Shown: positions 38,318 to 51,619, numbered from the stretch's first letter. The stretch: 64,000 nucleotides of DNA from Sulfuricella denitrificans (GCA_002632355.1 NSJJ01000015.1:8730-72729); one strand, 5' to 3'. Numbers and translations: made by a program. Notes: generated by a model from the sequence alone, not told the origin.

Positions 38318-38566
38318 TTAATGGCAGGCACAGCCGCCGCCACAGCCGCCACTGGCAGGCTTTGTTTCTTCCTTGGGCTTGGTGCCGCCTTTGAAATCGG
38401 TCTGATACCAGCCGCCACCCTTAAGCTGGAAGCCAGCCGCGCTGAGCATTTTTGCAAAGGTTTCCTTGCCGCATTCCGGACAGGCGGTAAGCGGGGCATC
38501 ACTCATCTTCTGAATGTATTCCTTCTGGAATCCGCAATCGGAACAACGGTATTCATAAATTGGCAT
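38318..38566 (-). CDS. FmdB family zinc-ribbon protein
   Basis: MPIYEYRCSDCG ... CPECG ... FQLKGGGWYQTDF. Confidence 0.9.
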   Translation of the reverse strand: MPIYEYRCSDCGFQKEYIQKMSDAPLTACPECGKETFAKMLSAAGFQLKGGGWYQTDFKGGTKPKEETKPASGGCGGGCACH

Positions 38567-38640
38567 CACAAGCTCCACTCAAAATCAAAAAGGGACAGGC
38601 AGTAAATGGGGGTATGCGCCATCCAGTTCAAGACAGCATT

Positions 38641-39090
38641 TTAAAAAGGGATATCATCCTCGAAATCATCAAATTCGCCACCCGCCTTTTTAGCTGGTTT
38701 CGCCGTTCCGGCCCCGGCAGGTTCTTTATCTACCACTTCAAAAGTATTGCTGCTGCCTCCGCGTGACCCCAGCATCTGCATGCGGTCCGCAACGATTTCT
38801 GTGGTATAGCGATCATGACCTTCCTTGTCCTGCCATTTGCGGGTTTGCAGACGGCCTTCGACGTACACCTGACTGCCCTTCTTCAGATATTCTCCAGCAA
38901 TTTCGGCAAGCTTGCCGAAAAAAGCGACGCGATGCCACTCGGTGCGCTCCTGTTTTTCGCCGCCCTTGTCCTTCCAGGTATCTGTAGTCGCCACGGTGAT
39001 ATTGGTAATCGCCTCACCGCTGGGCATATAACGGACTTCCGGATCCTTACCCAGATTGCCGACCAGAATCACCTTGTTCACTGATGCCAT
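38641..39090 (-). CDS. ssb: Single-stranded DNA-binding protein
   Basis: [21 protein letters not shown] and acidic tail DDFEDDIPF. Confidence 0.98.
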   Translation of the reverse strand: MASVNKVILVGNLGKDPEVRYMPSGEAITNITVATTDTWKDKGGEKQERTEWHRVAFFGKLAEIAGEYLKKGSQVYVEGRLQTRKWQDKEGHDRYTTEIVADRMQMLGSRGGSSNTFEVVDKEPAGAGTAKPAKKAGGEFDDFEDDIPF

Positions 39091-39091
39091 G

Positions 39092-40471
39092 TCACACTCC
39101 TCCGTCGATTAGTTTTAACACCTGTTCCTCATCCCAGCCAGACATGCTGACCTTGAGGTATGCCACGCCTTCTTCTGCAGAGACGGCCACCTCGGCCACC
39201 CCCGGCACTGCCGACAATCGCTGCGCCAGGAGCCGCGCCCTGGCGACATCCATTGTTTCAAGATGATACATCTGGGTTTTCACCGCTGGCGGGGTACGCA
39301 TGGAAAGCGCCAGCCACAACCATACAGCCGACAGGCATGCGCCAAAAGCGAACACCGCATACTGACCGAACTGATGCGCCAGCACCCCACCTGACACGCC
39401 GCCAACGAACAGGCCGAGCGCCTGCGACGTATTATACACGCCCATCGCAGTCCCCTTGGCCTGGGCAGGTGCCAGTTTAGAAATCAGCGACGGCAGGGTG
39501 GCTTCCAGGATATTGAATGCGATAAAGAATGTCATCAGCGCTGTCACGATTCCCCAGAAATGGCTGACCAGCACAGTCAGCATCAGTTGGGTCAGTAACA
39601 GCAAAGTAACGGCTATGACGAACACCTGCTTCAACCTGGCTTTTTTCTCGCCGACAATGATGGCCGGAACCATGATGGCGAACGCCAGCAACATGACCGG
39701 CAGGTAAATTTTCCAGTGCTGGCTTTCTGCCAGATGACCGGTATCCATCAGCGCCAGGGGGATGACAGTAAACATGGCCATCTGTGCGGCATGCAGGGAA
39801 AAAATACCGTAATTCAGGCGCAACAGCTGTTTGTCTTTCAATACGTCCTTTAGCCGTGCAGGCACCACTTCGGCGTCGGAATGAAAATGGCTGGCGCCTG
39901 GATCCGGAATCACCACGGCCACCACGACCAGCGCCAGCAAAGACAGCCCCCCTGTCAGGGCGAACATGCCGGGGACGCCGATAAACTGGTAAAGCGCGGG
40001 CCCGAGTACCATGGACAGGGCGAACATGAGGCCGATGGTGGAGCCAATCATGGCCATGGCCTTGGTGCGATGCTCCTCGCGTGTCAGATCGGCCAGCAGT
40101 GCCGTCACTGCAGCGGAGATTGCACCTGCGCCCTGAATCGAACGCCCGGCGATGACCCAGTAGATATCATGCGCCGACGCCGCCACAAAACTGCCAATGG
40201 CGAACAGGATCAGGCCGAAATAAATAACCCGTTTGCGTCCGTAACGATCGGATGCCATGCCGAAAGGCAACTGTAGCAGCGCCTGCGTCAGTCCGTAGGC
40301 CCCCAGAGCCAGGCCGATCATGGCGTGATTCTCGCCCCCCGGGATGCCCGTCGCATAAATTGCAAACACCGGCAGGATCAGGAACATGCCCAGCATACGC
40401 AGCCCGAAAATTCCCGCCAGACCAATACTGGCGCGCAATTCAACAGGATTCATCCGATCAGCTTGTTGCAT
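39092..40471 (-). CDS. yajR: YajR-like MFS transporter with C-terminal YAM-like domain
   Basis: [15 protein letters not shown] motif, 12-TM pattern, and a soluble C-terminal tail ([18 protein letters not shown]). Confidence 0.8.
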   Translation of the reverse strand: MQQADRMNPVELRASIGLAGIFGLRMLGMFLILPVFAIYATGIPGGENHAMIGLALGAYGLTQALLQLPFGMASDRYGRKRVIYFGLILFAIGSFVAASAHDIYWVIAGRSIQGAGAISAAVTALLADLTREEHRTKAMAMIGSTIGLMFALSMVLGPALYQFIGVPGMFALTGGLSLLALVVVAVVIPDPGASHFHSDAEVVPARLKDVLKDKQLLRLNYGIFSLHAAQMAMFTVIPLALMDTGHLAESQHWKIYLPVMLLAFAIMVPAIIVGEKKARLKQVFVIAVTLLLLTQLMLTVLVSHFWGIVTALMTFFIAFNILEATLPSLISKLAPAQAKGTAMGVYNTSQALGLFVGGVSGGVLAHQFGQYAVFAFGACLSAVWLWLALSMRTPPAVKTQMYHLETMDVARARLLAQRLSAVPGVAEVAVSAEEGVAYLKVSMSGWDEEQVLKLIDGGV

Positions 40472-40534
40472 GGAATTAGTTCTTGCAAGCAAAGTTGGGT
40501 ATATTAGCAGGTTACGTTTAACTCTGCTTTGGCC

Positions 40535-43363
40535 ATGTCCTTCATAAAGATTCGCGGTGCCCGCACCCACAACCTGAAAAACATCAGTCTGGATATTCCA
40601 CGCAATCAGCTGGTGGTCATCACCGGGTTATCTGGTTCAGGGAAATCTTCTCTCGCCTTCGATACCCTCTATGCCGAAGGGCAACGGCGCTACGTCGAAT
40701 CCCTCTCCGCCTATGCACGCCAGTTCCTGCAACTGATGGAAAAACCCGATGTCGACCTGATCGAGGGTCTTTCTCCGGCTATTTCCATCGAGCAGAAAGC
40801 CACCAGCCACAATCCGCGTTCGACCGTCGGCACAGTGACCGAAATCCATGATTACCTGCGCCTGCTCTTTGCCCGGGTAGGCGACCCGCACTGTCCGGAA
40901 CATCACATCAAGCTTGAATCCCAGAGCGTCTCGCAGATGGTGGACCATGTGCTGGCACTGCCGGAAGAGACCAAGCTGATGATTCTTTCACCGCTGGTGG
41001 CTGGTCGCAAGGGTGAACAGGTTGAATTGTTCGATGAACTGCGTGCACAGGGCTTTGTCAGGCTACGCGTGGATGGTGATGTCTACGAAATCGACCAACA
41101 TCCGAAACTGGAGAAGAACAAGAAACATACCATCGAGGTCGTGGTGGACCGGATCAAGATTCGCCCTGACATGAAGCAGCGCCTGGCGGAATCGTTTGAA
41201 ACCGCATTGCGCCACTCAGACGGGCGGGCCCTGGCCGTCGAGATGGAGAGTGGCAAGGAACATCTGTTTTCAGCCAAGTTTGCCTGCCCGGTCTGCAGCT
41301 ACTCGCTGGCGGAACTCGAGCCGCGCCTGTTTTCCTTCAATAACCCAATGGGCGCATGCCCCAAGTGCGATGGCCTGGGGCAGATCAACTTCTTCGATCC
41401 CAAACGGGTGGTAGCTTTCCCACACATGTCGCTGGCATCGGGCGCAGTCAAGGGCTGGGACCGGCGCAACCAGTTTTTCTTCCAGATGCTGCAGGCGCTG
41501 GCCATGCATTACGGCTTCGATCTCGAGCACCCTTTCGATGAACTGCCTCCCCGAGTACAGGAAATACTGCTGTATGGTAGTGGTACGGAGGAAATCGGGT
41601 TTAAATACCTTGGCGAACGCGGCGGATTCCAGACCCGCAAACACACTTTTGAAGGCATTCTGCGCAACCTGGAGCGACGCTACCAAGAGACGGACTCCAT
41701 CGCTGTACGAGAAGAACTGGCAAAATATCTCAACCACCAGATCTGCCCCAGTTGCGAAGGTACGCGCCTGAGACTGGAAGCCCGAAATGTCACCGTTGCC
41801 GGACGCCCCATTTTTGAATTAAGCCATCTGCCGCTGAAACTTGCACTGGAATTTTTTCAGGCTGTTTCTCTGAGCGGACAGAAACAGGCCATCGCAGAAC
41901 GCATCATCAAGGAAATTGCCAGCCGCCTCCAGTTTCTGACCAATGTCGGACTCGATTATCTTTCGCTCGATCGCTCTGCCGACACGCTTTCCGGCGGTGA
42001 AGCCCAACGCATTCGCCTGGCCAGTCAGATCGGTTCCGGCCTCACTGGTGTCATGTATGTACTCGACGAACCCTCAATCGGCCTGCACCAGCGCGACAAT
42101 GACAGGCTACTTGCCACTCTGATCCGCCTGCGTGATCTTGGCAACAGCGTTATTGTCGTCGAGCACGACGAAGATGCCATTCTCACGGCAGACTATGTCG
42201 TCGACATGGGACCAGCAGCAGGTGAGCATGGGGGCGAAGTGGTTGCAGAGGGCACCCCGGCAGAAATCATGTCCAACCCGTCATCGCTTACAGGGCAGTA
42301 TCTGGGGGGGCAGCGCAGAATAGTTGTTCCTGTACAGCGGCAAGAGCCTGATCCTACACGGATACTGCAACTTACCGAAGCAAGTGGGAACAACTTGAAA
42401 CGGGTTACGCTTAATTTGCCCGTAGGCTTGTTGATTGCCATAACAGGGGTTTCAGGATCAGGCAAATCCACTTTGATCAACGATACACTTTACAACGCCG
42501 TCGCACGCCATCTCTATGGCAGCAATGCCGAACCCGCCCCCTATTGTGAACTCAACGGACTGGAATACTTCGACAAGGTCATCAGCGTCGATCAAAGCCC
42601 GATTGGCCGCACCCCCCGCTCCAACCCTGCCACCTATACCGGTCTGTTTACACCGATCCGGGATTTATTTGCGGGCGTACCGCAAGCCCGTGAACGCGGA
42701 TACGGGCCCGGGAGATTTTCTTTCAACGTCAAAGGGGGACGCTGTGAGGCCTGCCAGGGAGATGGCGTTATAAAGGTTGAAATGCATTTCCTGCCGGATA
42801 TATATGTCCCGTGCGACATATGCCACGGTCACCGTTACAACCGTGAAACGCTAGAAATTCAGTACAAGGGTAAAAACATTCACGAAATTCTACAGATGAA
42901 CGTAGAGCAGGCTCGTGAATTTTTCAGTCCCGTTCCGGTTGTTGCGCGTAAATTGCAAACATTGCTAGATGTCGGCCTTGGGTATATCACGCTGGGACAA
43001 AGTGCAACTACGCTTTCCGGTGGAGAAGCCCAACGCGTAAAACTATCTCTGGAGCTTTCTAAGCGGGACACAGGCAGAACGCTTTATATTCTGGATGAAC
43101 CAACCACCGGCTTGCACTTCCAGGATATTGAAATGCTGCTTACGGTACTGCACCGGTTACGTGAGCACGGCAACACTATCGTGGTCATAGAACACAATCT
43201 GGATGTCGTCAAAACGGCAGATTGGGTTGTAGATATGGGCCCTGAAGGCGGAAATGGCGGAGGGGAAATCATTGCTGAGGGTACCCCGGAACAGGTTGCC
43301 AGCAACGGGGCGAGTCACACGGGAGCCTACCTTGCCAAAGCGCTGATTCAGCCTGGCAAATGA
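40535..43363 (+). CDS. uvrA: Excinuclease ABC subunit A
   Basis: GARTHNLKN, two Walker A motifs ([18 protein letters not shown]), two LSGGEAQR signatures and zinc fingers. Confidence 0.98.
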   Translation: MSFIKIRGARTHNLKNISLDIPRNQLVVITGLSGSGKSSLAFDTLYAEGQRRYVESLSAYARQFLQLMEKPDVDLIEGLSPAISIEQKATSHNPRSTVGTVTEIHDYLRLLFARVGDPHCPEHHIKLESQSVSQMVDHVLALPEETKLMILSPLVAGRKGEQVELFDELRAQGFVRLRVDGDVYEIDQHPKLEKNKKHTIEVVVDRIKIRPDMKQRLAESFETALRHSDGRALAVEMESGKEHLFSAKFACPVCSYSLAELEPRLFSFNNPMGACPKCDGLGQINFFDPKRVVAFPHMSLASGAVKGWDRRNQFFFQMLQALAMHYGFDLEHPFDELPPRVQEILLYGSGTEEIGFKYLGERGGFQTRKHTFEGILRNLERRYQETDSIAVREELAKYLNHQICPSCEGTRLRLEARNVTVAGRPIFELSHLPLKLALEFFQAVSLSGQKQAIAERIIKEIASRLQFLTNVGLDYLSLDRSADTLSGGEAQRIRLASQIGSGLTGVMYVLDEPSIGLHQRDNDRLLATLIRLRDLGNSVIVVEHDEDAILTADYVVDMGPAAGEHGGEVVAEGTPAEIMSNPSSLTGQYLGGQRRIVVPVQRQEPDPTRILQLTEASGNNLKRVTLNLPVGLLIAITGVSGSGKSTLINDTLYNAVARHLYGSNAEPAPYCELNGLEYFDKVISVDQSPIGRTPRSNPATYTGLFTPIRDLFAGVPQARERGYGPGRFSFNVKGGRCEACQGDGVIKVEMHFLPDIYVPCDICHGHRYNRETLEIQYKGKNIHEILQMNVEQAREFFSPVPVVARKLQTLLDVGLGYITLGQSATTLSGGEAQRVKLSLELSKRDTGRTLYILDEPTTGLHFQDIEMLLTVLHRLREHGNTIVVIEHNLDVVKTADWVVDMGPEGGNGGGEIIAEGTPEQVASNGASHTGAYLAKALIQPGK

Positions 43364-44082
43364 ATATCGAACCGGTCGCCCACCCGGACACCAAGAAAAG
43401 ACGCGGCATTCGCCCCATTTAAAGCAAATTCCACTAATCCCAGGCTGTTTCCATACCAGAAGGTTTGTGCAGGCAATCCTTCTGAAAAAACAGGCGCATG
43501 GCTGATCGAACATGACCCGATCTGGAAAAGCGTACCTTGCGGGATATGCTCACTTCTTACACCTGTCATAATATTGCCGAAATGATCAATGTAAATCACC
43601 TCGGCCAAATCATCACTATCGAACTTGATTTGCAGCTGCGCCATGTCAGAGAGTTTGTCATGGGGAAAAATGCCCATCTCAATCCAGGCACCTATCGGAG
43701 CAAAAAGGTCACGGCCATGAAAAGAAATGGACAGCATTTCCGGCCGCCAGTCGATGCGCCACAGCTCCACCTTACTTGATCTACCCGCTATGACCGAAAG
43801 CAGGCCATTATCAGGCCCGACGTACCATATCTCATCAGCGAGCATGACAACCGCTTCACGATTTGTTCCCACGCCCGGATCGATTACGGCAATACAAACG
43901 CTGCCAACCTGAATTCCCGCAACCAATGCAGCAAGCAAATGGGCTCCTGCAGAAACATTGTAATCTGATGCGCAATGGAGCAAATCAACTATGACAACGC
44001 CAGGCGCGATCGCCCAGATTGCCGATTTCAAGAGGCCGCTGTAAGGGTCATTGACCCCATAATCAGTAAATAGGGCGATCAT
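43348..44082 (-). CDS. DUF62 family SAM hydrolase (SAM hydroxide adenosyltransferase)
   Basis: [30 protein letters not shown] and YIDHFGN; Asp-Arg-His triad present. Confidence 0.88.
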   Translation of the reverse strand: MIALFTDYGVNDPYSGLLKSAIWAIAPGVVIVDLLHCASDYNVSAGAHLLAALVAGIQVGSVCIAVIDPGVGTNREAVVMLADEIWYVGPDNGLLSVIAGRSSKVELWRIDWRPEMLSISFHGRDLFAPIGAWIEMGIFPHDKLSDMAQLQIKFDSDDLAEVIYIDHFGNIMTGVRSEHIPQGTLFQIGSCSISHAPVFSEGLPAQTFWYGNSLGLVEFALNGANAASFLGVRVGDRFDIHLPG

Positions 44083-44111
44083 TTACTCATGCAATCCAAA
44101 CAAGGCCTACA

Positions 44112-44149
44112 TACGTAAAAAAAGCCGGAATATCCGGCTCTTTTTACGT
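44112..44149. terminator. Intrinsic terminator after rplQ, flanked by A and T runs
   Basis: AAAAAA-AGCCGGA-ATA-TCCGGCT-CTTTTT; stem at 44123-44139. Confidence 0.85.
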
Positions 44150-44160
44150 TACTCAGATAC

Positions 44161-44550
44161 TTAAGCTGCGGCTTCAACCACTTCAGCATCCGGTGCGCGG
44201 TCTACCAGTTCGACAATTGCCATAGGGGCATTATCTCCCAAGCGAAAACCACACTTAAGAATACGCAAATAGCCGCCATTACGTGACTGAAAACGTGGGC
44301 CCAGTTCATCAAATAGTTTAACCACGATCTCACGGTCACGCAGACGATCAAATGCAAGGCGCCGGTTTGCCAGGCTAGGCTTTTTGCCCAAAGTGATCAA
44401 AGGTTCCGCCACACGACGTAATTCTTTTGCCTTAGGCAGGGTCGTCTTGATGACTTCATGACGAAGCAATGAATTAGCCATATTACGCAACATTGCCAGA
44501 CGATGGCTAGATGTACGGTTCAGCTTGCGATTAGATAAACGGTGACGCAT
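44161..44550 (-). CDS. rplQ: 50S ribosomal protein L17
   Basis: [17 protein letters not shown]; [10 protein letters not shown]. Confidence 0.98.
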   Translation of the reverse strand: MRHRLSNRKLNRTSSHRLAMLRNMANSLLRHEVIKTTLPKAKELRRVAEPLITLGKKPSLANRRLAFDRLRDREIVVKLFDELGPRFQSRNGGYLRILKCGFRLGDNAPMAIVELVDRAPDAEVVEAAA

Positions 44551-44595
44551 AACAAATCCTTTTTTTCAAAGTTACCTGAACGGCTATGCCGTAAT

Positions 44596-45579
44596 TCAGG
44601 CCTTTTCAAGACCGACAGGCGGCCAGTTTTCCAGTTTCATACCTAACGTAAGGCCTTTGGAAGCCAATACATCCTTTATTTCATTCAGTGATTTACGACC
44701 GAGATTCGGCGTTTTTAATAACTCAGTTTCAGAACGCTGTATCAGATCACCAATGTAGTAAATATTTTCAGCTTTAAGACAATTTGCCGAACGCACAGTC
44801 AACTCGAGATCATCTACTGGACGCAGCAATATCGGATCTACCTGCGGACTACGCGGAGCCTCGACTTCAGCAGGCGTGCCCTTAAGTTCCGCAAAAACAG
44901 ACAACTGATCAACCAGAATACGGGCAGCTGAACGAATCGCCTCTTCTGGATCAATAACACCATTTGTCTCAATTTCAACTACCAGTTTGTCTAGATCTGT
45001 GCGTTGTTCAACTCGAGCGCTTTCAACAGCGTAACTGACGCGACGCACAGGACTGTAAGATGCATCAAGCATCATCGCACCGACAAGTCGGTCATCTTCT
45101 GATATACGACGAGAGCTTACAGGAACATAACCGCGCCCCTGCTCAATCTTGATCGTCATATTGAGCTTCCCACCCTTTGTCAGATGTGCGATTACATGAC
45201 CAGGGTTTACGATTTCCACATCGTGAGAGGTTTCAATATCACCCGCTGTAACAGGACCTTCACCACTTTTGGAAAGTGATAATGTAGTCTCAGCGCGATT
45301 GTGCAATTTCAATGCAATACCCTTGAGATTCAAAAGTATATCTACAACATCTTCCTGCACACCATCAAGAGAAGAATATTCGTGCACTACGCCATCAATC
45401 TGAACCTGTGTAATTGCGTAACCAGGCATGGATGACAACAAAATGCGACGCAACGCATTTCCAAGAGTATGACCATAACCGCGTTCAAACGGCTCCATTG
45501 TCACTCTGGCGCGCATTGGTGTTTGACTCTGGACGTCAACTATCCGAGGCTTAAGAAACTCAGCGGCACTGCTTTGCAT
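44596..45579 (-). CDS. rpoA: RNA polymerase alpha subunit
   Basis: [22 protein letters not shown]; [11 protein letters not shown]. Confidence 0.99.
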   Translation of the reverse strand: MQSSAAEFLKPRIVDVQSQTPMRARVTMEPFERGYGHTLGNALRRILLSSMPGYAITQVQIDGVVHEYSSLDGVQEDVVDILLNLKGIALKLHNRAETTLSLSKSGEGPVTAGDIETSHDVEIVNPGHVIAHLTKGGKLNMTIKIEQGRGYVPVSSRRISEDDRLVGAMMLDASYSPVRRVSYAVESARVEQRTDLDKLVVEIETNGVIDPEEAIRSAARILVDQLSVFAELKGTPAEVEAPRSPQVDPILLRPVDDLELTVRSANCLKAENIYYIGDLIQRSETELLKTPNLGRKSLNEIKDVLASKGLTLGMKLENWPPVGLEKA

Positions 45580-45614
45580 GGATCGTAATTCCTCTAAATT
45601 TGTTGCCTGCTCAA

Positions 45615-46244
45615 TTATTTCGAGTACAACTCGACTACGAGGTGCTCATTAATTGTTGCCGGCAGTTCGGAGCGTTGCGGCTTAGCCTTAAAGGTACCTT
45701 TGAGCAACTTGATATCGACTTCGATCCACTCGGGGAAAGTACGTTGCTCGGCTGCTTCCGCGGCACCTTTGACACGCAGGTGTGTTTTGGCACGTTCAGC
45801 CACTTCGACCACATCACCAGGCTTGACCTGATAAGAGGGAATATTGACACGACGACCATTAACAAGAATGCCATTATGACGCACTACCTGACGAGCTTCT
45901 GTACGCGAAGCACCAAAGCCCATACGATAGGCAACGTTGTCCAGACGGCACTCAAGCAACTGCAGCAGGTTTTCGCCAGTAATACCGCGAACACGGTCTG
46001 CTTCCTGATAGTAGCCACGAAATTGCTTCTCAAGAATTCCATAAATACGACGGAGCTTCTGCTTCTCGCGCAATTGCACGCCATAACCCGAAAGGCGGGT
46101 ATTTTGTTTCTGACCGTGCTGACCTGGCGCATAACTTCTTCTCTCGACCGAACACTTATCGGTAAAGCACTTTTCGCCCTTCAGAAACAGTTTTTCACCC
46201 TCACGGCGGCACTGACGGCACTTGGGATCAAGATTTCTAGCCAA
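45615..46244 (-). CDS. rpsD: 30S ribosomal protein S4
   Basis: [10 protein letters not shown]; [13 protein letters not shown]. Confidence 0.98.
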   Translation of the reverse strand: MARNLDPKCRQCRREGEKLFLKGEKCFTDKCSVERRSYAPGQHGQKQNTRLSGYGVQLREKQKLRRIYGILEKQFRGYYQEADRVRGITGENLLQLLECRLDNVAYRMGFGASRTEARQVVRHNGILVNGRRVNIPSYQVKPGDVVEVAERAKTHLRVKGAAEAAEQRTFPEWIEVDIKLLKGTFKAKPQRSELPATINEHLVVELYSK

Positions 46245-46273
46245 AGTAATTCTCCTGCAAAATATTTGCCGTT

Positions 46274-46663
46274 TTAAATGCGCCGCTTTTTGGGCGGACG
46301 ACAGCCGTTATGTGGAATCGGCGTCACATCAGTAATACCGGTAATCTTAAAGCCAACCGCATTAAGTGCGCGCACAGCAGACTCACGACCAGGCCCAGGA
46401 CCTTTGATTCGTACTTCAAGGTTTTTGACACCATATTCCTGAGCAGCCTTGCCGGCATGTTCTGCAGCAATCTGTGCAGCAAAAGGGGTGCTCTTACGTG
46501 AACCACGGAAGCCACTGCCACCGGAAGTAGCCCATGAAAGCGCATTACCCTGACGATCTGTAATAGTCACAATCGTATTATTAAAAGATGCGTGAACATG
46601 GGCGATACCTTCAGCCACATTCTTCTTTACCTTTTTACGCACCCGAACATTTGATTTAGCCAT
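46274..46663 (-). CDS. rpsK: 30S ribosomal protein S11
   Basis: ASFNNTIVT; [17 protein letters not shown]. Confidence 0.98.
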   Translation of the reverse strand: MAKSNVRVRKKVKKNVAEGIAHVHASFNNTIVTITDRQGNALSWATSGGSGFRGSRKSTPFAAQIAAEHAGKAAQEYGVKNLEVRIKGPGPGRESAVRALNAVGFKITGITDVTPIPHNGCRPPKKRRI

Positions 46664-46692
46664 AATTTATCCTTTACTTATCCGCTATCGAA

Positions 46693-47049
46693 TTATTTGC
46701 GGATAGCTTTGCGCGGACCCTTACGAGTACGTGCATTGGTACGTGTGCGCTGGCCTCTGACAGGCAGACCACGGCGATGCCGCAAGCCTCTATAGCACCC
46801 AAGATCCATCAGGCGCTTGATGCTCATCGTAACCTCACGACGCAAATCACCCTCTACGACAATTTTACCTACCTCGTCGCGCAACCTTTCAACGTCGCTA
46901 TCGCTCAGATCCTTGATTTTAGTAGACGTATTTACACCAGCAGCCGCGCAAATCTGGCGAGACCGAGTACGTCCAATGCCGTAGATGGCTGTCAGCGCAA
47001 TCTCGGTGTGTTGATGGTTAGGGATATTTACCCCAGCAATGCGGGCCAT
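46693..47049 (-). CDS. rpsM: 30S ribosomal protein S13
   Basis: [10 protein letters not shown]; [18 protein letters not shown]. Confidence 0.98.
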   Translation of the reverse strand: MARIAGVNIPNHQHTEIALTAIYGIGRTRSRQICAAAGVNTSTKIKDLSDSDVERLRDEVGKIVVEGDLRREVTMSIKRLMDLGCYRGLRHRRGLPVRGQRTRTNARTRKGPRKAIRK

Positions 47050-47090
47050 GCAGTCACTCCCAACAGCTAATTAGAATGGAAAAACGACGA

Positions 47091-47119
47091 ATTTTATCAG
47101 CAAACATAGCAACAATCAA
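47091..47119 (-). promoter_or_regulatory. Sigma70-type promoter of the alpha operon
   Basis: Minus strand TTGATT-17 nt-TAAAAT; the -35 overlaps the rpmJ stop codon. Confidence 0.65.
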
Positions 47120-47229
47120 CCTTGACGTTGCTTGTGGCGCGGGTCGTCACAAATCACACGAAGTACACCTTGACGGCGCACCATTTTGCACTTACGGCAT
47201 AGTTTCTTAACTGAAGCACGAACTCTCAT
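47116..47229 (-). CDS. rpmJ: 50S ribosomal protein L36 (not in the ORF track)
   Basis: Hand translation gives [37 protein letters not shown], the zinc-ribbon C+ form. Confidence 0.97.
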   Translation of the reverse strand: MRVRASVKKLCRKCKMVRRQGVLRVICDDPRHKQRQG

Positions 47230-47273
47230 TTAAAATCTCCTTAAATCTGCTGTTGGCAACTGCCAACTCAATA

Positions 47274-47492
47274 TCATTTAGCCCTGAACACAATCCGTGC
47301 CCTGCTTAAATCATAAGGCGTAAGTTCAACCGTTACCTTGTCTCCGGGCAGAATTCTGATGTAATGCATGCGCATTTTTCCAGAAATATAGCCAAGAACA
47401 ATGTGGCCATTTTCAAGTTTGACGCGGAAGGTTGCATTGGGCAGATTTTCAAGAATCTCCCCTTGCATCTCTATCGTGTCTTCTTTCGCCAT
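47274..47492 (-). CDS. infA: Translation initiation factor IF-1
   Basis: [14 protein letters not shown]; [10 protein letters not shown]. Confidence 0.98.
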   Translation of the reverse strand: MAKEDTIEMQGEILENLPNATFRVKLENGHIVLGYISGKMRMHYIRILPGDKVTVELTPYDLSRARIVFRAK

Positions 47493-47513
47493 ACCAGTAT
47501 TCCGCTCAGCCCA

Positions 47514-48830
47514 TCAGCGAGGTAAAACGCCGCCTTTGAAATTAGCCTTTTTTAGCAGGCTTTCGTACTGATGCGACATCAAGTAGGACTGCACCTGAGC
47601 CATAAAATCCATTGTCACAACCACTATGATCAAAAGGGATGTCCCACCAAAGTAGAAAGGAACATTCCACTTAACAATCAAGAACTCGGGCAACAAGCAG
47701 ACCAATGTGATATACAAAGCACCGGCCAATGTCAATCGCGCCATAATGCGGTCTATATATTTTGCAGTCTGTTCACCAGGTCGAATACCTGGAACAAACG
47801 CGCCACTTTTTTTCAAATTGTCAGCAGTTTCCTTGGGGTTGAAAACCAGTGCAGTATAAAAGAAGCAGAAGAAAATAATCGCCGCAGCATAAAACATCAC
47901 GTAAAGAGGCTGACCGGGAGAAAGCGTAGAGCCAACATCTTTCAACCACATCATATTCTCGGAACTGCCAAACCAACCGGCCAGAGTGGCGGGAAACAAA
48001 ATAATACTTGACGCAAAGATTGGAGGAATAACGCCAGCCATATTCAATTTAAGCGGAAGATGTGAGCTTTGGCCGCCAACGATCTGCCTGCCAACTTGGC
48101 GCTTCGCATAATTTACAAGAATCTTTCGCTGACCACGCTCAACAAATACAACAAAACCGGTCACTGCTATTGCCGCGATAAAAAGCATTACCACCAAGGG
48201 GATTGAAAAGGCACCAGTTCGTGTTAATTCAAGAGTTCCACCTATTGCATGAGGCAATCCAGAAACAATTCCACCAAAAATAATGATCGAAATCCCATTA
48301 CCGATTCCACGTTCAGTAATTTGCTCTCCCAGCCACATCAAGAACAGCGTGCCTGTCATTAACGTTATCACCGCCGTTGCACGAAACATAAGACCGGGTT
48401 CAATAACCAAACCTGGCTGCGCTTCAAGAGCAATCGCAATTCCAATTCCCTGAAAAAGCGCAAGAAATACAGTCCCGTAACGAGTATATTGAGTAATCTT
48501 TTTCCTGCCTGCCTCACCTTCTTTCTTGATCTGTTCAAGTTGTGGCGACACGACCGTCAGCAATTGCATAATGATCGAAGATGAAATATAAGGCATGATA
48601 CCAAGTGCAAAAACAGTAAATCGCGACAGCGCCCCACCCGAGAACATGTTAAACATTCCCAGAATTCCACCCTGCTGCGACTTGAACAAGTCAGCAAGCA
48701 CACCAGGATCTATCCCTGGAACTGGAATATGTGCACCAATGCGGTACACAACCATAGCTCCAAGAACAAAAAGCAATCGCTGCTTGAGATCCGAAAACTT
48801 GCCTGATGAACCTACACTAGGATTAGCCAA
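47514..48830 (-). CDS. secY: Preprotein translocase SecY
   Basis: [39 protein letters not shown] and FIPG-like [11 protein letters not shown] start at 48830. Confidence 0.97.
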   Translation of the reverse strand: MANPSVGSSGKFSDLKQRLLFVLGAMVVYRIGAHIPVPGIDPGVLADLFKSQQGGILGMFNMFSGGALSRFTVFALGIMPYISSSIIMQLLTVVSPQLEQIKKEGEAGRKKITQYTRYGTVFLALFQGIGIAIALEAQPGLVIEPGLMFRATAVITLMTGTLFLMWLGEQITERGIGNGISIIIFGGIVSGLPHAIGGTLELTRTGAFSIPLVVMLFIAAIAVTGFVVFVERGQRKILVNYAKRQVGRQIVGGQSSHLPLKLNMAGVIPPIFASSIILFPATLAGWFGSSENMMWLKDVGSTLSPGQPLYVMFYAAAIIFFCFFYTALVFNPKETADNLKKSGAFVPGIRPGEQTAKYIDRIMARLTLAGALYITLVCLLPEFLIVKWNVPFYFGGTSLLIIVVVTMDFMAQVQSYLMSHQYESLLKKANFKGGVLPR

Positions 48831-48837
48831 GAAACGC

Positions 48838-49278
48838 TTACTCCAGACCTGAGATATTTCCGCCAGCCGCCTCAATTGCAGCTCTCGCACCCTTGGTCAC
48901 AAAAATACCTTGCAGAGACATCGATTTCTCAACTTTTCCACACAAGAAAACCTTTGCTCCCAGACAGGAACCTGGAACAACACCAGCTTGTTTTAGAACA
49001 AGCAGATCAACAGAATCAACGGGCAAATCATTCAACGCAGACAAACGAACTTGCGCAACATTGCCTTTCGTGAGCGACTTGAAACCTCTTTTTGGCAGAC
49101 GACGCTGTAAAGGCATCTGGCCGCCTTCGAATCCAACCTTATGAAAACCACCAGCGCGAGATTTCTGTCCCTTATGACCGCGACCAGCAGTCTTTCCAAG
49201 TCCGCTACCAATGCCGCGACCTACACGACGTTTGGAATGCTTGCTACCTAAAGCAGGTTTTAGAGTATTTAATTGCAT
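48838..49278 (-). CDS. rplO: 50S ribosomal protein L15
   Basis: [21 protein letters not shown]; GFEGGQMPL. Confidence 0.98.
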   Translation of the reverse strand: MQLNTLKPALGSKHSKRRVGRGIGSGLGKTAGRGHKGQKSRAGGFHKVGFEGGQMPLQRRLPKRGFKSLTKGNVAQVRLSALNDLPVDSVDLLVLKQAGVVPGSCLGAKVFLCGKVEKSMSLQGIFVTKGARAAIEAAGGNISGLE

Positions 49279-49467
49279 TTATTCCTCGCACTTCAAGAGG
49301 TAATTTACTTTATTAATCATTCCACGGTTTTCAGGCGTGTCTGCAACCTGAACAGTGTGATTAAGGCGGCGGAGACCAAGACCGCGAACACAGGCGCGAT
49401 GCTTCTCGATTGTACCAATCGTGCTTTTTACAAGTGTAACTTTTATATTCTTAGCGGTATTCGACAT
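49279..49467 (-). CDS. rpmD: 50S ribosomal protein L30
   Basis: [13 protein letters not shown]; RGMINKV. Confidence 0.97.
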   Translation of the reverse strand: MSNTAKNIKVTLVKSTIGTIEKHRACVRGLGLRRLNHTVQVADTPENRGMINKVNYLLKCEE

Positions 49468-49470
49468 TTC

Positions 49471-49980
49471 TTACCCCAAAATCTCTTCCACAGACTTACC
49501 GCGCTTGGCGGCAATCTCGGAGGGTGTATTCATCGCAGCAAGTCCATTTATGGTTGCACGCACCAAGTTATACGGGTTGGTCGAACCAATACATTTAGCA
49601 AGAACGTTATGCACACCCATCACTTCAAAAATTGCACGCATTGGGCCGCCAGCAATAATTCCGGTACCTTCAGAAGCAGGTTGCATGTAAACCTTGGCAG
49701 CACCATGTTCACCAATAACAGCATGATGCAAGGTTCCATTCTTCAGGTTAACCTTAACCAGGTTACGTCGCGCCTCATCCATAGCCTTTTGCACAGCGAC
49801 AGGCACCTCCTTCGCTTTGCCCTTACCCATACCAATCCCACCATCGCCATCACCAACAACAGTCAGGGCAGCAAATCCCATGATCCGGCCACCCTTTACA
49901 ACTTTGGTTACCCGATTCACCGAGATCATCTTTTCGCGCAAACCGTCGCCGCGATCTTCCATATCCATTTTTGCCATCAT
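49471..49980 (-). CDS. rpsE: 30S ribosomal protein S5
   Basis: [12 protein letters not shown]; GTGIIAGG. Confidence 0.98.
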   Translation of the reverse strand: MMAKMDMEDRGDGLREKMISVNRVTKVVKGGRIMGFAALTVVGDGDGGIGMGKGKAKEVPVAVQKAMDEARRNLVKVNLKNGTLHHAVIGEHGAAKVYMQPASEGTGIIAGGPMRAIFEVMGVHNVLAKCIGSTNPYNLVRATINGLAAMNTPSEIAAKRGKSVEEILG

Positions 49981-49989
49981 CGTCCCCGA

Positions 49990-50343
49990 TTAGAACACCA
50001 AGCCGTTTTCACGCGCCGCATCGGCCAATGACTTCACTCGACCATGGTACCTGAAGCCGGAGCGGTCAAAAGCAACTTTTTCAATCCCAAGGCTCTTTGC
50101 CTTGTCAGCAATTCGCTTTCCTACAAGAGCCGCAGCTGCAGAATTGCCGCCATTTGCAACTTCCTTACGCACATCAGGCTCAACTGTAGATGCGCTAGCA
50201 AGCACCCTTCCGCCAGATGCATCAATAATTTGAGCATACATGTGGCAATTAGTACGGAATACAGACAGCCGAACCATTTTCAACTCTGCGAGTTTGGCAC
50301 GTGTTTTACGTGACCTGCGCAAACGAGCTTGATTTTTATCCAT
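49990..50343 (-). CDS. rplR: 50S ribosomal protein L18
   Basis: [24 protein letters not shown]. Confidence 0.98.
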   Translation of the reverse strand: MDKNQARLRRSRKTRAKLAELKMVRLSVFRTNCHMYAQIIDASGGRVLASASTVEPDVRKEVANGGNSAAAALVGKRIADKAKSLGIEKVAFDRSGFRYHGRVKSLADAARENGLVF

Positions 50344-50357
50344 GACCCTTGCCTCGA

Positions 50358-50891
50358 TTATTTCTTCTTGGTTTCCTTGATCACTACAACCTCATCGGAG
50401 TAGCGAACACCTTTGCCCTTATAAGGCTCAGGACTACGATAGGCGCGCACATCTGCAGCCACCTGACCAACCTGCTGCTTGTCGATACCCTTGATCAGCA
50501 CTTCGGTCTGCGTCGGAGTTTCGACTTTAACACCGGAAGGCATCTGATGCTCAACAGGATGCGAGAAACCCAGCGACAAACTCAGCACATCACCTTTGGC
50601 CTGAGCGCGATAGCCCACACCGACCAGGATTAATTTGCGCTCAAAGCCTTGAGATACACCCTTAACCATATTTGCAATCAAGGCACGCATCGTCCCTGAC
50701 ATTGCATTAGCCTGCATCGAGTCATTTGCTGCAGAACACTGCAGATTGTCACCTTCGCGCACCACAGCGATATCAGAACTCATTAGCTGAGTAAGCGAAC
50801 CAAGAGGACCCTTAACCGTAATTTCATTCGCAGAAAGTTTAACTTCCACACCGGCTGGAATAATTACCGGATTTTTAGCTATTCTGGACAT
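50358..50891 (-). CDS. rplF: 50S ribosomal protein L6
   Basis: MSRIAKNPV; [11 protein letters not shown]. Confidence 0.98.
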   Translation of the reverse strand: MSRIAKNPVIIPAGVEVKLSANEITVKGPLGSLTQLMSSDIAVVREGDNLQCSAANDSMQANAMSGTMRALIANMVKGVSQGFERKLILVGVGYRAQAKGDVLSLSLGFSHPVEHQMPSGVKVETPTQTEVLIKGIDKQQVGQVAADVRAYRSPEPYKGKGVRYSDEVVVIKETKKK

Positions 50892-50903
50892 GCATTCACC
50901 TCA

Positions 50904-51299
50904 TCATGCCACGACACACAGGATTTCACCGCCGACACCGCTTGCACGTGCCTTACGATCTGTCATCACACCCCGGGAGGTTGAGACAATAGCGACACCC
51001 AAACCATTCATGACAGTGGGCAAATCCTGGCTGCCTTTATAAATACGCAAGCCTGGACGACTTACGCGCTGTATTTTTTCGATAACCGGACGACCTGCGT
51101 AGTATTTCAAACGCATTTCAAGCAAGGGCTTACCCTCTTCATCACGCACACCGAAATCTTCAATATAACCCTCTTCCTTCAAAACACCGGCAATAGATAC
51201 CTTTAGCTTCGAAGAAGGCATTGAGACTACAATTTTCTCGGCCTTTTGCGCATTCCGAATACGGGTCAGCATATCGGCGATCGGATCACTCATACTCAT
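50904..51299 (-). CDS. rpsH: 30S ribosomal protein S8
   Basis: [13 protein letters not shown]; VSRPGLRIY; STSRGVMT. Confidence 0.98.
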   Translation of the reverse strand: MSMSDPIADMLTRIRNAQKAEKIVVSMPSSKLKVSIAGVLKEEGYIEDFGVRDEEGKPLLEMRLKYYAGRPVIEKIQRVSRPGLRIYKGSQDLPTVMNGLGVAIVSTSRGVMTDRKARASGVGGEILCVVA

Positions 51300-51313
51300 T
51301 CTGTATTCTCCCG

Positions 51314-51619
51314 TTACCAGCTGGCCTTGGTCATACCCGGTATTTCACCGCGCATGGCCAAATCACGCAATTTGCTCCGACCGAGCCCAAACTTGCGGTA
51401 CGTGCCACGCGGACGCCCGGTCAACGCGCAACGATTACGCAGACGAACAGGACTAGAATCACGCGGCAACTGTTGCAGCTTAACTCGAGCAGCATAACGC
51501 TCCTCATCACTCAGCTTAACGTTACTGATGATTTCATTCAGCTCAGCACGCTTCGCAGCATATTTTTTAACCGTTTCACGACGCTTAAGATCGCGGTTAA
51601 TCAAAGAAGTTTTTGCCAT
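51314..51619 (-). CDS. rpsN: 30S ribosomal protein S14 (101-aa C- form)
   Basis: [10 protein letters not shown] ... [12 protein letters not shown] ... [11 protein letters not shown]. Start at ATG 51619. Confidence 0.97.
   Translation of the reverse strand: MAKTSLINRDLKRRETVKKYAAKRAELNEIISNVKLSDEERYAARVKLQQLPRDSSPVRLRNRCALTGRPRGTYRKFGLGRSKLRDLAMRGEIPGMTKASW

Noticed and set aside
40472-40534. LexA box for uvrA/ssb
   Set aside because: No CTGT-N8-ACAG motif is visible in the divergent spacer.
43348-44082. Fluorinase/chlorinase assignment
   Set aside because: The Asp-Arg-His triad of the hydrolase branch is present and no halometabolite genes are nearby.
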